NCBI GenBank assembly: GCA_034669905.1
Contig: JAXMOL010000023.1
Coordinates: forward strand, 1-64,000
Direction of reading: 5' to 3'
DNA length: 64,000 nt
DNA from: Candidatus Hydrogenedentota bacterium
GTDB taxonomy: Bacteria > Hydrogenedentota > Hydrogenedentia > Hydrogenedentales > JAEUWI01
Shown here: piece by piece, positions 9,628 through 19,299 of the stretch
Layout: every line of letters starts with the position of its first letter
Numbering within the stretch: the first letter of the stretch is position 1
Position numbers and translations under genes: made by a program
Notes under the pieces: generated by a model
What the model saw: only the letters and a program-made list of their open reading frames with translations
Databases searched by the model: none
Told to the model about the DNA's origin: nothing

Positions 9628-10926
9628 CTACTCCGCCTTCAGTCGCTCGGAAAAGCGGCCCAGCACGGCCATGTTATCGGGATGGGCCTCGAAATTCCAT
9701 GCTTCGTGGACGTCGATGCCATCGAAGCCGTGCTTCCGTGTGGTGTCGGCCCAGAATTCCATTTTGCTTTCCAGCGCTTTCGGGTCTCCGGGCAGCCATT
9801 CGGAGAAAAGATAAAGTTTGGTCTTGCCCTTGCAGTATTCCTGATACTCCCGGGCCGCCCAGCCGAAGAGGTCCTCCCCCTCCTTCCGCACGATGTCGGG
9901 CTTGGCGCTCCAGTAGGCGTGGTCGGGGCTGGCCATGATTTCGTAATCCCCCACGATAAAGGCGTCGGCAATATCCTCGTCGACCAATTGCTTCCAGTGG
10001 TTGGTGTAACGGACCACCACGTTCGTGCTGAAATGAGGGTCCACGGCGAACTGGGTGTACTTCCCAAGCTGCAAGCCCACCCAGAGTTCCTTTTCCTGGC
10101 CATGACACAGCGCCGCAAGTTCACGATAGAGCTGGACCATGGCATCGCCCTTGAGGTCGTGCCAGGCCTCCTTGTCGAAGTCTTCCGCCGTGCGGATGTC
10201 CACGCCGTGCTTCGCCTGATAGGCATCCACGATGGGTTGGCTGTAGCCGTAGAAATCTTCTTCGTGGGTGTTGGGCAGATGGCGGGTATGGCTGCTCGTC
10301 GAACACAGGATGCCGTCGGCGCCCCACGCGAGGAGTTCCCTGGCCTGCTTCACCCGAAAGGCGCGGGACTCGGGCCAGGCGTAGTCGGTGAGCCCTTCGA
10401 AATAGGTGGTGCCATCTTTCCCCACCCACTGGAGGTGGGGATTCTCATCGAGAAACTTGGAGCGAAAGCCGGGGTACATGTCGTCGAAGAGGTCAATCCA
10501 CGCGATAACCCGCATCCCTTCCTCGTGACCCGCTTGAATGAACACCTCGGGCGGATTGAAGTCGGCAATCACCTGGGCGTACTTCTTGTTCCACATCGTG
10601 CGCTGTGCGATGTACGCCTCCATGTCTTTGAGTTCCGCCGTGGGATGGGCACGGGCGTGTTCGGCATCAAACCCCATGGGATAGGAGAGGTCGGTCTGAT
10701 AGGGCAACAAGCCCAGACACCCGGCGCGCACAATGAGCGTGTCGCAGCCGTTGGCCTTGAGTTGCTTGACGAGAGTCTTTACGTCCTCCACCGTCATGGG
10801 CTCCGGCCGGAGCCACACCTCGTCGTTCACGTCAATGTCCACGATGTGTTCCGGAGCGGCGGCGGCGAAGGTCGTGATGAGAAGGGCGCATAGTGTGGCC
10901 AGGGCAAACTGCGACAATTTTTTCAT
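9628..10926 (-). CDS. Secreted GHL/DUF187-like (family 10 glycosyl hydrolase-like) TIM-barrel protein
   Basis: Signal peptide; AGHEEGMRVIAW, FLDENPH, DYAWPESR, GADGI motifs. Confidence 0.7.
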   Translation of the reverse strand: MKKLSQFALATLCALLITTFAAAAPEHIVDIDVNDEVWLRPEPMTVEDVKTLVKQLKANGCDTLIVRAGCLGLLPYQTDLSYPMGFDAEHARAHPTAELKDMEAYIAQRTMWNKKYAQVIADFNPPEVFIQAGHEEGMRVIAWIDLFDDMYPGFRSKFLDENPHLQWVGKDGTTYFEGLTDYAWPESRAFRVKQARELLAWGADGILCSTSSHTRHLPNTHEEDFYGYSQPIVDAYQAKHGVDIRTAEDFDKEAWHDLKGDAMVQLYRELAALCHGQEKELWVGLQLGKYTQFAVDPHFSTNVVVRYTNHWKQLVDEDIADAFIVGDYEIMASPDHAYWSAKPDIVRKEGEDLFGWAAREYQEYCKGKTKLYLFSEWLPGDPKALESKMEFWADTTRKHGFDGIDVHEAWNFEAHPDNMAVLGRFSERLKAE

Positions 10927-10956
10927 CTAAGGGCTATCTCTCTTGAAGGTTTTTAT

Positions 10957-11033
10957 GTGGACTTAGTGGACGATGTGGACTGGGTGGACAGTATTGGATA
11001 CTCAGCAATGTCCACCTCGTCCACATCGTCAAC
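10957..11033. repeat. 9-bp periodic GTGGAC / GTCCAC inverted array
   Basis: Four GTGGACnnn units, then three GTCCAC-like units in inverted orientation. Confidence 0.8.
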
Positions 11034-11110
11034 TGATTTCCAACAGGCTCACGGTGTGAGTGCTAACGCTAGCAAAATCCCGTTGCCACCACAAGGTCCT
11101 GTTTTTTTCC

Positions 11111-11206
11111 TTGACAGAAACGCTCGCTTGGGATATTGTATCGATACACCAACACACAGGACACACAACTTCCAGCATTTCATAATTGTATTGCTTGCTC
11201 AACACA
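11111..11206 (+). promoter_or_regulatory. sigma70 promoter with two YtrA-type GntR operators
   Basis: TTGACA(11111)-17-TATTGT(11134); TGTAT-N8-CAACACA at 11137-11156 and 11187-11206. Confidence 0.75.
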
Positions 11207-11229
11207 ACCATACACAAAGGAGGGTGGCG

Positions 11230-11631
11230 GTGCTTCACATAAACCTGAGCCAGAGCGATGGGGTGCCCCTCTATCTCCAGCTCGAACGGCAGATCAAACA
11301 GCTTATCGCCACGGGACGGCTCACCGCCGAGGATGAATTACCCCCGGTGCGGGTGCTGGCCCAGCAGTTGGTGGTGAACCCCCAAACCGTGGTGCGGGCC
11401 TATCGGGAGCTGGAAATGGCGGGCCTCATCTATAAGCGGCGGGGCGCGGGCACTTATGTCTCTGCCGAGGGCACGCCCTACACCGAAACGGAATGCCGAC
11501 GCCTTCTCGCCGAGCGGGCCAACAGCCTTCTCGTGGAAGCGCGCAATCTCGGCTTTGACCTCGAAAAAACCCTCGCACTGGTGCGGGAATGCAGTATTGA
11601 ATTGGATCGACAGAAGGAGGGCTCAGAATGA
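11230..11631 (+). CDS. GntR family regulator, YtrA subfamily
   Basis: PLYLQL, LPPVRVLAQQLVVNPQTVVRAYRELE, RRGAGTYV; short C-terminus; AGGAGG before GTG 11230. Confidence 0.92.
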   Translation: MLHINLSQSDGVPLYLQLERQIKQLIATGRLTAEDELPPVRVLAQQLVVNPQTVVRAYRELEMAGLIYKRRGAGTYVSAEGTPYTETECRRLLAERANSLLVEARNLGFDLEKTLALVRECSIELDRQKEGSE

Positions 11632-12548
11632 ACGACGCTACGCCATCGAAGCATGTCATTGAGGTACAGGGACTCTCCCGTCACTTTGGCAAAAAGGAGG
11701 CCCTCCGGGACATCAACCTCACGGTACGTCCGGGCCAGGTCTTTGGGCTGGTGGGTGAGAATGGTGCCGGTAAGACCACCCTCATTCGCCATCTCCTCGG
11801 TGCCTACAGCGCGAAGACGGGCTCAGTCCGCGTCTTTGGCTTCGACCCCGTGGCCAATCCCGTGGCCGTACTCGGGCGCACCGGCTATCTCTCGGAGGAT
11901 CGGGACCTGCCCCTGTGGATGAAGGTTCGGGAACTCATGGCCTACACGGCGGCCTTCTACCCCGACTGGGACCAGCCCTTTGCGGAGGAGCTGCGAAAGC
12001 GCTTCGGCCTCTCCCTAGACTCCAAGATAAAAGCCCTCTCACGGGGCGAGAAAGCCAAGGCGGGACTCCTCATGGCCCTGGCCCACCGTCCCGATTTACT
12101 CCTCCTCGACGAACCATCCTCCGGATTGGACGCCGTGGCGCGGAAGGACATCCTGGGCGAAGTCATCCGCTCGGTGGCGGAAGAAGGCCGAACGGTTATC
12201 TTCTCTTCCCACCTGCTGGACGAGGTGGAGCGGGTATCGGACCATGTCGCCATGATTCACGACGGGGCCGTCACGTTGGACATGTCGATGGACGAACTCA
12301 AAGAAGGGCATCACCGCTTTGTCGTTCGCTTTTCCGAAGGACGAGACGGGTTTCCTGACGTACCGGGGCTGTTGCACGTGGAAGGTAGCGGAAGAGAATG
12401 GCGGGTGCTGTGCACCGGGGCATTGGATGAATTAAACGGGCTGCTGCAGAAAACGGACGGGCACATCATCGAAACCATGACACCCACCTTGGATGAGATC
12501 TTCGTGGCACGGGCCACGGGCATTCCCTCCAAAACGATGGCGATATAG
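11628..12548 (+). CDS. ABC transporter ATP-binding protein (YtrB-like)
   Basis: GENGAGKTT, LSRGE, LLLLDEP, SSH; ATGA overlap with the gntR stop. Confidence 0.95.
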   Translation: MNDATPSKHVIEVQGLSRHFGKKEALRDINLTVRPGQVFGLVGENGAGKTTLIRHLLGAYSAKTGSVRVFGFDPVANPVAVLGRTGYLSEDRDLPLWMKVRELMAYTAAFYPDWDQPFAEELRKRFGLSLDSKIKALSRGEKAKAGLLMALAHRPDLLLLDEPSSGLDAVARKDILGEVIRSVAEEGRTVIFSSHLLDEVERVSDHVAMIHDGAVTLDMSMDELKEGHHRFVVRFSEGRDGFPDVPGLLHVEGSGREWRVLCTGALDELNGLLQKTDGHIIETMTPTLDEIFVARATGIPSKTMAI

Positions 12549-12554
12549 GGGCCT

Positions 12555-15500
12555 ATGATGAACACTAAAATTCGTGCCCTCTTGTGGGAAGAATTTCGCA
12601 CCGGCGGCGTTATCACGGCGGGCTGCGCCCTGGCCGCGACGCTGGTTATGCTCTATCTCCGGATTTTCGAAACGGGCGACACCCCCTGGAGCTATCATGC
12701 CCCCCCCGCCATTGGGCTGAGCTTGGGCGCTCCCCTCCTCCTCTCATTGCTTTTGCTCTTCCGTCGAAATAACGAAGGGGGCCTAAGCGGGGGCTATTCT
12801 CGTCGTCTCCTCTTACTGCCGGTGGAGACGCGCTATCTCGTGGCATGCAGTCTATTCTCCCGCACCCTTTTTGTCGGCCTGCTAACTGTTCTGATGATTG
12901 GGCTGTGTCACGCTCTCTATGGCCATGGCCCCTCCTGGGTTCTGGCCTTCCTCTTACCGGCCCTCTATGTGTTCATACAAGGTCTTGACTGGCTCTATCG
13001 TCCCGCGCCGTGGCTTACCTGGTGCGTGGCGATTGTCACCCCCATTCTCGTTACGATTGAATGCATGGTATCCGAAATCGGACTCGGCGATATGGACGAA
13101 GTAACACTCTCCGTGAGCAGCGGGGCATTCACCCTAATCGTCGCTCTCGCCGTGGTCTTTGCGGTATCCTGCCGCTCCGTCGGGTGGACCCGTAAGGGCG
13201 CAATACTCAACACAAAAAACGGTATCTCCCTGCCCGCCGCTCTTCCCCTGCCGGGTTGGTCGGAGCGCATCACCCATCATTCACCGCGTTGGGCCTATCT
13301 CTGGCATTTCCTTCGAAAAGACGGGGCCTATTTGCCCATTATCGCGATACTGTTGGGGTGCCTCCTGGTAGGCGCACTCATCGCGATAGTAATCGTTATC
13401 GAAGGTTTTGATAGTACTTTCACCCTTTTCCTTCTGGGCTGGTTTATCTGGCCGCTGTTCGTTCTGCTGGTGGGGCTGTGGGCCATGCTCCGTGGGGGCG
13501 GTGCCCTCCAGCGGGGCATTCGCAACCCCCTGACCGAATTCCTCTATCCCCTTCGAACGGCGGATATGGTCACTACCCGGCTGCTGGGTCAGGGCCTCGT
13601 GCTGGCCATCACCTGGATCTTCTTCCTGGCCATCAGTACGGCGACCCTCCTCTTTGCGGAAGACGGTCTGACCTGGCGCATCTACACCGACGCGTGGCAG
13701 GCGGGGGAACTGAGCCTCCGAGAGATTTCGAACCTCCAGTTGCTCGTCCCTCTGCTGGCCCTGTTGGTTGCCTGGTGGGCCATGGCCCTGCGAACGCGCC
13801 TCATGGCCTGCTTCTTCGGGGCTCTGGTCATCCTCGGGAGCCTCCTGGGCTTGTGTGATGCGGCTACCTACCCCGTTGTGGACCCCGACGATTTCGCCAT
13901 GACGCTCGTTCTCCTCTGGGTGGCATCCCTGCTTGTGCTGGGATACAGCATCTGGAAACTGCGCAAGCAATCTAAGTGGCTCATCCGCATCGCCGCAGTC
14001 GTGACCATCATCTTGTCGGCCCTCGCCCTGACCGCCACCGATCGTTCTTTCGAACAGGTCGTAACGTGGGCCCTACTGCTCCTCCTGGTAACGACCGCAA
14101 GTGCCAGTGTGGGCTGGGCTTGGTGGCGGGGCATCATGTCGACCAAGCACCTTTGGGGCACCTTGGTGGCCGGGATACTGGTCACCCTCTTTAGTTACCC
14201 ATTTGGACATTGGATCTATTCTGGCATCGACCCGGATGGCCTCCTCTTTGCCCTTGCGGCCGGTGCCCTTGCCGTCTTTCCCTATCCCGCGCTCCTGCTG
14301 GACCTCCACCGGCAACGGCATGACGAAGATTCGACGGTCCGCACCGAAAGCCCGGATGCCCCCACCTCATGGAAGCTCTCTCCGGCACAACGGGCACTGA
14401 CGGTGGGTATGGCCAGTGCGCTGGGGGGCTGGGCCCTTTGGTATTCCTGGCCCGCCGAGCCCGCCTACCGCGAAGCCCTCCGCCGTCAGGGGCAACCGGC
14501 CACCCTGGCGGAACTGGCAGCCAGTTATCAACCCGGCCCACCGGAAATAGACGCGGCCCCCCACTATCTCGCGTTGATGAAGGACCAGAACGAGCGAGAA
14601 AAAGAATGGGCGCGCATCGCCAAAGAAAACATGCGGAATACGACCCCAGAGATCGCGTATGCGTACAGCAAATACAACCGTATTGCCTTTGGTGAAGTAA
14701 CCGTTAATCCAGGACAACCCGTTATGCTCCACGATTGGACTGCCGCACAGCAACGCTATGCCACGGTGGAAGCCCCTATTTCCCAAGCACTCGCAAAACT
14801 TACCGATACCGATTTTGAGCAATGTCACTTCGCCATCGATTTTGGATTGGAGTTTCAAATGGGTATGTATCACCTGAGTCCGCTACGCAAATTGGCCCGC
14901 GTGCAGGCCTACAGCATCTGGATGGCGGCCATGGAAGACCGGAGCGAGGACATCGTGAAGACCCTACGCACCATAGGGCCCCTTTCGGACGCCCTGCGGG
15001 AGGAGCCCCTCCTCATGTCTCAGTTGGTACGTTCGGCCATGTTTCAAATCACAGCCGATGCCATGGAGCAAGCCCTCAATCGCACTAGCTTTTCCGAAGC
15101 CGAACTGGCGGAAATTCAATCCCTCTTCACCAACTACCTGCCCGATGAGGACCCGAATTCCTTAACCAGGACGGGCATGGTGGGCGAGCGGGTCCTTCAA
15201 ACTTCTTTTGAGCAGTCCATTCGCCGAAGTGACTCTTACCCCTTCAAGGTCATCACCCGTTACCTCTTCGCCTTTACAGGCCCCACCCAATTGCGCTCAA
15301 TAGACGAAGCCAACCCCGCCGCGTCCAGACCCTTTTACTCGGAAGCGGGTCTACGTGATGACATCGAAGCCTCCCATAACTTGCTCTATGGGCTCCCCGT
15401 AGGCTTCGCGCCGCACTATAAAAACACTTACGAAGCCGAATGGCGCGCTCATGTTAAAAACGCTCTCGTCGCGACGGCCTGTGCGGTAGAACGTTTTCGT

Positions 15501-15887
15501 CTCGCCGAAGGCACCCTTCCCCCGAATCTGGAATCCCTTGTGCCGCGATTCCTGGAAAAAATTCACGTGGACCCATTCCGGCCTGGAGGCGGTCCCCTCT
15601 CTTATCGTCTAAAAGAGGACGGCGCCTATGTGCTCTACAGTTGGTCGAAAGACCGCCAGGATGACGGCGGTGCCGAGCACCCCTTCTATACGCTTCCGGA
15701 CAATTCGGAGGAACGGGTGAGGAGCTGGCGGGAAGGTGACCTGACCTTTTCGGTAGCCCCCCTCGCCTTTCGGAATGGTCCCCAAGTCACCGATACCCCC
15801 CCAAGCGTCGTGATGCCCAAAATACTCCCGGACCGAGGTCGCGATTCGGGAGGATTCCGAAAAAGCCTGGGCCGCGCGAGGAGATAG
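12555..15887 (+). CDS. Large polytopic membrane protein (duplicated ABC-2-like permease) fused to an extracytoplasmic domain with a GspG-like C-terminus
   Basis: IRALLWEEFR start typical of ABC-2 permeases; many TM segments in the first ~630 aa; C-terminal AVERFRLAEGTLPPNLESLVP...DPF...LYSW..DRQDDGG. Confidence 0.7.
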   Translation: MMNTKIRALLWEEFRTGGVITAGCALAATLVMLYLRIFETGDTPWSYHAPPAIGLSLGAPLLLSLLLLFRRNNEGGLSGGYSRRLLLLPVETRYLVACSLFSRTLFVGLLTVLMIGLCHALYGHGPSWVLAFLLPALYVFIQGLDWLYRPAPWLTWCVAIVTPILVTIECMVSEIGLGDMDEVTLSVSSGAFTLIVALAVVFAVSCRSVGWTRKGAILNTKNGISLPAALPLPGWSERITHHSPRWAYLWHFLRKDGAYLPIIAILLGCLLVGALIAIVIVIEGFDSTFTLFLLGWFIWPLFVLLVGLWAMLRGGGALQRGIRNPLTEFLYPLRTADMVTTRLLGQGLVLAITWIFFLAISTATLLFAEDGLTWRIYTDAWQAGELSLREISNLQLLVPLLALLVAWWAMALRTRLMACFFGALVILGSLLGLCDAATYPVVDPDDFAMTLVLLWVASLLVLGYSIWKLRKQSKWLIRIAAVVTIILSALALTATDRSFEQVVTWALLLLLVTTASASVGWAWWRGIMSTKHLWGTLVAGILVTLFSYPFGHWIYSGIDPDGLLFALAAGALAVFPYPALLLDLHRQRHDEDSTVRTESPDAPTSWKLSPAQRALTVGMASALGGWALWYSWPAEPAYREALRRQGQPATLAELAASYQPGPPEIDAAPHYLALMKDQNEREKEWARIAKENMRNTTPEIAYAYSKYNRIAFGEVTVNPGQPVMLHDWTAAQQRYATVEAPISQALAKLTDTDFEQCHFAIDFGLEFQMGMYHLSPLRKLARVQAYSIWMAAMEDRSEDIVKTLRTIGPLSDALREEPLLMSQLVRSAMFQITADAMEQALNRTSFSEAELAEIQSLFTNYLPDEDPNSLTRTGMVGERVLQTSFEQSIRRSDSYPFKVITRYLFAFTGPTQLRSIDEANPAASRPFYSEAGLRDDIEASHNLLYGLPVGFAPHYKNTYEAEWRAHVKNALVATACAVERFRLAEGTLPPNLESLVPRFLEKIHVDPFRPGGGPLSYRLKEDGAYVLYSWSKDRQDDGGAEHPFYTLPDNSEERVRSWREGDLTFSVAPLAFRNGPQVTDTPPSVVMPKILPDRGRDSGGFRKSLGRARR

Positions 15888-15908
15888 CAACTGGGCACGA
15901 CGGAACCC

Positions 15909-16964
15909 CTACATGGAAAGTCCGCTGTCGGTGACCGTAGCCGCGGAGTCGCGCACCACGAGGCTCGTCGTCATCTCGATACGGGTGTCTTCCGCCTCTT
16001 CCCCGTTGATCCGTTGAATCAAGGCCTCGGTCACCCGGGCGGCCAACTCAATCGTAGGCTGGCGGATGGTGGTCAGGGGCGGTGACAACCGACAGGCCAG
16101 AGCGCTGTCATCGAAACCCACCACCGACAACTCATCGGGCACGCGAAGTCCAAGCTCATAGGCCGCCTGAATCACCCCAGCCGCCATTTCGTCGTTGCTC
16201 GCGAAGATGGCCGTCGGCAGGATGGCCGCGCCCAACAGGGCACGTCCCTGTGCGAGCCCCGATTCAAAGGTGTAATCCCCCGCGACCACCAGCGCCTTCT
16301 CGAAGGCAACTTCGGCGTCTTCTAACGCGGCCTTGAAGCCATCCAAACGCTCCCAACTGCCACTGTAATCCTCGGGCCCCAGAATAAAGCCAATGCGGCG
16401 GTGGCCCAGTGAGAGCAGGTAGGCCGTCATATCATAGGCCCCTTGCCGGTTGGTAATGGTGGCCACGGGCCAGGGTAAATCGGGGTCGGAAGGCTCGATG
16501 GAGGCCATGGGCATGCCGCCTTCAAAGAGCCGCTGGTTAAAGGCCGTCTTACTGCCAAAGGGGGGCAGCAGGATAAGCCCGTCGGTACCCCCCCGGGTAA
16601 CCAGTGCCTGAAGGGACTTCTGAGACGCTTGCTCCTCCACTTCACAGGGGTGGATGACCACCTCGTACCCGTGGCGGGCGGAGGTCTGCACGATGCCCTG
16701 AATCACGTGGGTCAGCCAACCGGGTGGCTCTTCGGCCTGATAGACGAGGGTCAGCACGTAGGAGCGATTGCTGGCCAGGCGCCGTGCGGAGACATTGGGC
16801 ACATAGCCCAGCTCCGCGATGGCCGTCTCCACCTTTTGTGCCGTCTGCTCGGTGACGTAGTCTTCCCCGTTGATGACCCGGGACACGGTTTTCTTGGAGA
16901 CACCCGCCTTCGCCGCCACATCCTGGATGGTGGCGCCGTTGTTTCCGAAACGGGGTGGGGTCAT
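15909..16964 (-). CDS. LacI family transcriptional regulator
   Basis: TIQDVAAKAGVSKKTVSRVIN HTH; PTAIFASND; VPDELSVVGFDD; LTTIRQP. Confidence 0.95.
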   Translation of the reverse strand: MTPPRFGNNGATIQDVAAKAGVSKKTVSRVINGEDYVTEQTAQKVETAIAELGYVPNVSARRLASNRSYVLTLVYQAEEPPGWLTHVIQGIVQTSARHGYEVVIHPCEVEEQASQKSLQALVTRGGTDGLILLPPFGSKTAFNQRLFEGGMPMASIEPSDPDLPWPVATITNRQGAYDMTAYLLSLGHRRIGFILGPEDYSGSWERLDGFKAALEDAEVAFEKALVVAGDYTFESGLAQGRALLGAAILPTAIFASNDEMAAGVIQAAYELGLRVPDELSVVGFDDSALACRLSPPLTTIRQPTIELAARVTEALIQRINGEEAEDTRIEMTTSLVVRDSAATVTDSGLSM

Positions 16965-17033
16965 GTGGGGCTCTCTCCTCAGGAATCCGGGTGATAGGGC
17001 TAAGTATAAGAGATCCTTGGCAGGCCTTCCAAG

Positions 17034-17212
17034 AAAAGGACTAAAAGGACGGAAAAGACCTAAAGGACGCAGCATTCCACGTGGACCGGGATGCCCTACG
17101 TGGCCCCCTAACGGGTAGCCACTCACCATGGCCTTTTCTGCGATTCCTCAGGCCTCGCTCAAGGGCAAGGCGCTCCCTCTCTTTTAGCTCCTTTACGTCC
17201 TTCAGGTCCTTG
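17034..17212. repeat. 9-bp periodic AAAGGAC arrays in inverted orientation (17034-17069 and 17182-17212)
   Basis: AAAAGGACT AAAAGGACG GAAAAGACC TAAAGGACG and complementary GTCCTT units; related copy at 6547-6570. Confidence 0.7.
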
Positions 17213-17230
17213 AAACACCGCGCCACCACA

Positions 17231-17259
17231 TTGACTCCCCCGCACCAACGCACTACCAT
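17231..17259 (+). promoter_or_regulatory. Putative sigma70 promoter of the 17299 gene
   Basis: TTGACT-17-TACCAT. Confidence 0.55.
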
Positions 17260-17298
17260 AACCCCACGTAATCTTAGAACCCTCATCAAGGAAAACCA

Positions 17299-18246
17299 AT
17301 GCTCAAACACACCCTCGCGCTCGCCCTCTGCGGACTCTTCACGATCACGGCCCACCCGGTAGCCTTTCAGGTCGAAGACAACGAAAAAGTCATCACCGTC
17401 ATTGAAAACGGTACGCCCGTCTTTGTCTATAACTACAAGTGGGTCGAACCGCCGGAAGGCGTGAAGCCCATGTTTCGCCGAACCGCCTATATCCACCCCC
17501 TCTATGGACTCGACGGGGAGGTACTCACCGAGGACTACCCCAGTGACCACTATCACCACCGCGGCGTATTCTGGGGGTGGCCCCGGGGCGAATGGAAGGG
17601 CAAGCGCCTCGACACCTGGGGCCTCTCCAATTCTCGGCAGGTTCACGTCTCCATAGCGCCCTTCAGCGAAAGTGCGGACGGTCCAATTATCAGCGGGGAA
17701 AACCATTGGGTGCTCGATGAATCTCCGGACACCCCCATCGTGTCCGAGACCTACCGCATCGAAGTCCACCCATCCACCGAGGTCGGGCGCGCCATCGATT
17801 TCACCATCACGCTGAAAAACATCACCGACGCGCCCGTCGAACTGAAAGGGGCCATCGAGCAAAACAAGGGTTACGGTGGCTTCAATTTCCGACCCGACGC
17901 GGCGCGGAAGCCCATGCACTTCACCACGGCCCTGGGTGTGCAAGCGGAAGACACCTTCATCGCCGAGTCCCCCTGGGTGGACGTGAGCTACGCCGTCGAA
18001 CCCGGCGGCGACAAGTTATCCGGCGCGGCCATTTTCCAACACCCCGACAACCCCGGCTACCCACACCCCCATTATCTCATCCGGCACTACGCGTTTTTAG
18101 GCCACGCCTGGCCCGGTAACACGCCCTATACCATCACACCGGGAAAAGACGTAACGGTGAAGTATCGCTTATACACCCACAGGGGCAACGCAGAAGAGGG
18201 CAAGGTGGCCGAAGCCTGGGCGGCGTACGTGGAAGAGCAGAAGTAG
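17299..18246 (+). CDS. Secreted PmoA-family (DUF6807-like) protein; not a methane monooxygenase subunit
   Basis: Signal peptide; YIHPLY, EDYPSDHYHHRGVFWGW, GYGG, HPDNP motifs. Confidence 0.8.
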   Translation: MLKHTLALALCGLFTITAHPVAFQVEDNEKVITVIENGTPVFVYNYKWVEPPEGVKPMFRRTAYIHPLYGLDGEVLTEDYPSDHYHHRGVFWGWPRGEWKGKRLDTWGLSNSRQVHVSIAPFSESADGPIISGENHWVLDESPDTPIVSETYRIEVHPSTEVGRAIDFTITLKNITDAPVELKGAIEQNKGYGGFNFRPDAARKPMHFTTALGVQAEDTFIAESPWVDVSYAVEPGGDKLSGAAIFQHPDNPGYPHPHYLIRHYAFLGHAWPGNTPYTITPGKDVTVKYRLYTHRGNAEEGKVAEAWAAYVEEQK

Positions 18247-18786
18247 ATGAGCGGATTTTCAGTCCTTTGTGATTTTTCTCCCCCCTGTCCTAGGCCGTTG
18301 GCCCAGGCGGGTATGCGGTTGCGCCGTTGGCGCGGAGGAAAATCATCTGAGTGGAATTACGGAAACCTGGTCCCGGCACATTGCGGATGCCAACAACGGG
18401 CACACGTCGGGTTGGATACCCAAGCTGGAATACTGTTGCGCCCTTCGCGCAGAGGAAAATCATCCGAGTGAAATTACGGAGACCTGGCCCCTGCACATTG
18501 CGGGTTCCAACAACGGGCACACGTCGGGATGGATACCCGAGCTGGAATACTGTTGCGCCCTTCGCGCAGAGGAAAACCATCCGAGTGAAATTACGGAGAC
18601 CTGGCCCCTGCACATTGGGGTGCCAACAACGAGCACTCGCCGCGATGGAAACCAGGGCCAATTACACATCTTCGCAACCCAATAGGTCGCACAGATAGCG
18701 CCAAGGGCGCGACAACATACCAGCCTGGGGCAACGCCCCAGGAAACCTTAGAGGCATTCTGTTCAAGGGCTGAAAGCCCGCTCCAT
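18247..18786. repeat. Left repeat block: inverted REP-like arms enclosing 117-bp tandem units starting at 18335, 18452 and 18569
   Basis: GAGGAAAATCATCCGAGTG-like starts recur with a 117-bp period; arms 18247-18333 and 18697-18786 are inverted relative to each other. Confidence 0.92.
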
Positions 18787-18845
18787 AGATAAATTAATGG
18801 ATGCGGTTGCCGCAGTGATACTGCGAAAACGAAAGGGGGCGAAAA

Positions 18846-19298
18846 TTGCCACAATCATTGAGCTTTGTTGTCATTCACGTGATCTTCAGTACGAAAGACC
18901 GCCGTCCCGTTATTAACGACGCGCACGCCGAGAAGGCCTACGCCTATATGGCCGGTGTGGCACGTAACACAGGGTGTGAATGCTATCGTGTCGGTGGTAT
19001 GGCGGATCATGTCCACCTTGCAATCCGACTATCACGTACGATCACCATCGCCAGTCTGGTCGAGGAATTGAAGACATCGTCATCCCGCTGGATGAAGGCG
19101 GCGCCAGCCAACCTGACAGACTTCGCCTGGCAACGGGGCTACGGCTGCTTCTCCGTGGGCCCTCAGGACCTGGATGCGCTGATCGCATACATTGACGACC
19201 AGCAGAAACATCATGAGACCCGCACTTTCCAAGATGAATTTCGTATGTTCCTCAAGAAATACGGTGTGGATTTCAACGAAGCCTATGTCTGGGATTAA
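18846..19298 (+). CDS. tnpA: IS200/IS605-family Y1 (HUH) transposase, REP-associated type, no tnpB
   Basis: HVIFSTKDR, DHVHL, WQRGYGCFSV, YIDDQQKHH; TTG start after GGGGG. Confidence 0.92.
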   Translation: MPQSLSFVVIHVIFSTKDRRPVINDAHAEKAYAYMAGVARNTGCECYRVGGMADHVHLAIRLSRTITIASLVEELKTSSSRWMKAAPANLTDFAWQRGYGCFSVGPQDLDALIAYIDDQQKHHETRTFQDEFRMFLKKYGVDFNEAYVWD

Positions 19299-19299
19299 T

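Noticed and set aside
10957..11229. N-terminal extension of the GntR ORF (also the LacI, TIGR01777-like and 36577 ORF extensions)
   Set aside because: The extensions run through repeats and promoter DNA; better starts with RBS or family-typical N-termini lie downstream.
17299..18246. Methane monooxygenase interpretation of the PmoA family name
   Set aside because: Soluble secreted protein with no pmoCB neighbours; the family name is misleading.
18269..18698. Repeat-encoded ORFs of 115-138 aa
   Set aside because: Several frames on both strands are open because the unit length is a multiple of three; no RBS or protein-like features were seen.
656..19298. IS605-type tnpA-tnpB/omega RNA system or a composite transposon between the two tnpA genes
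   Set aside because: No tnpB or iscB ORF is present; the two tnpA genes and their flanks are divergent and the intervening genes look chromosomal.
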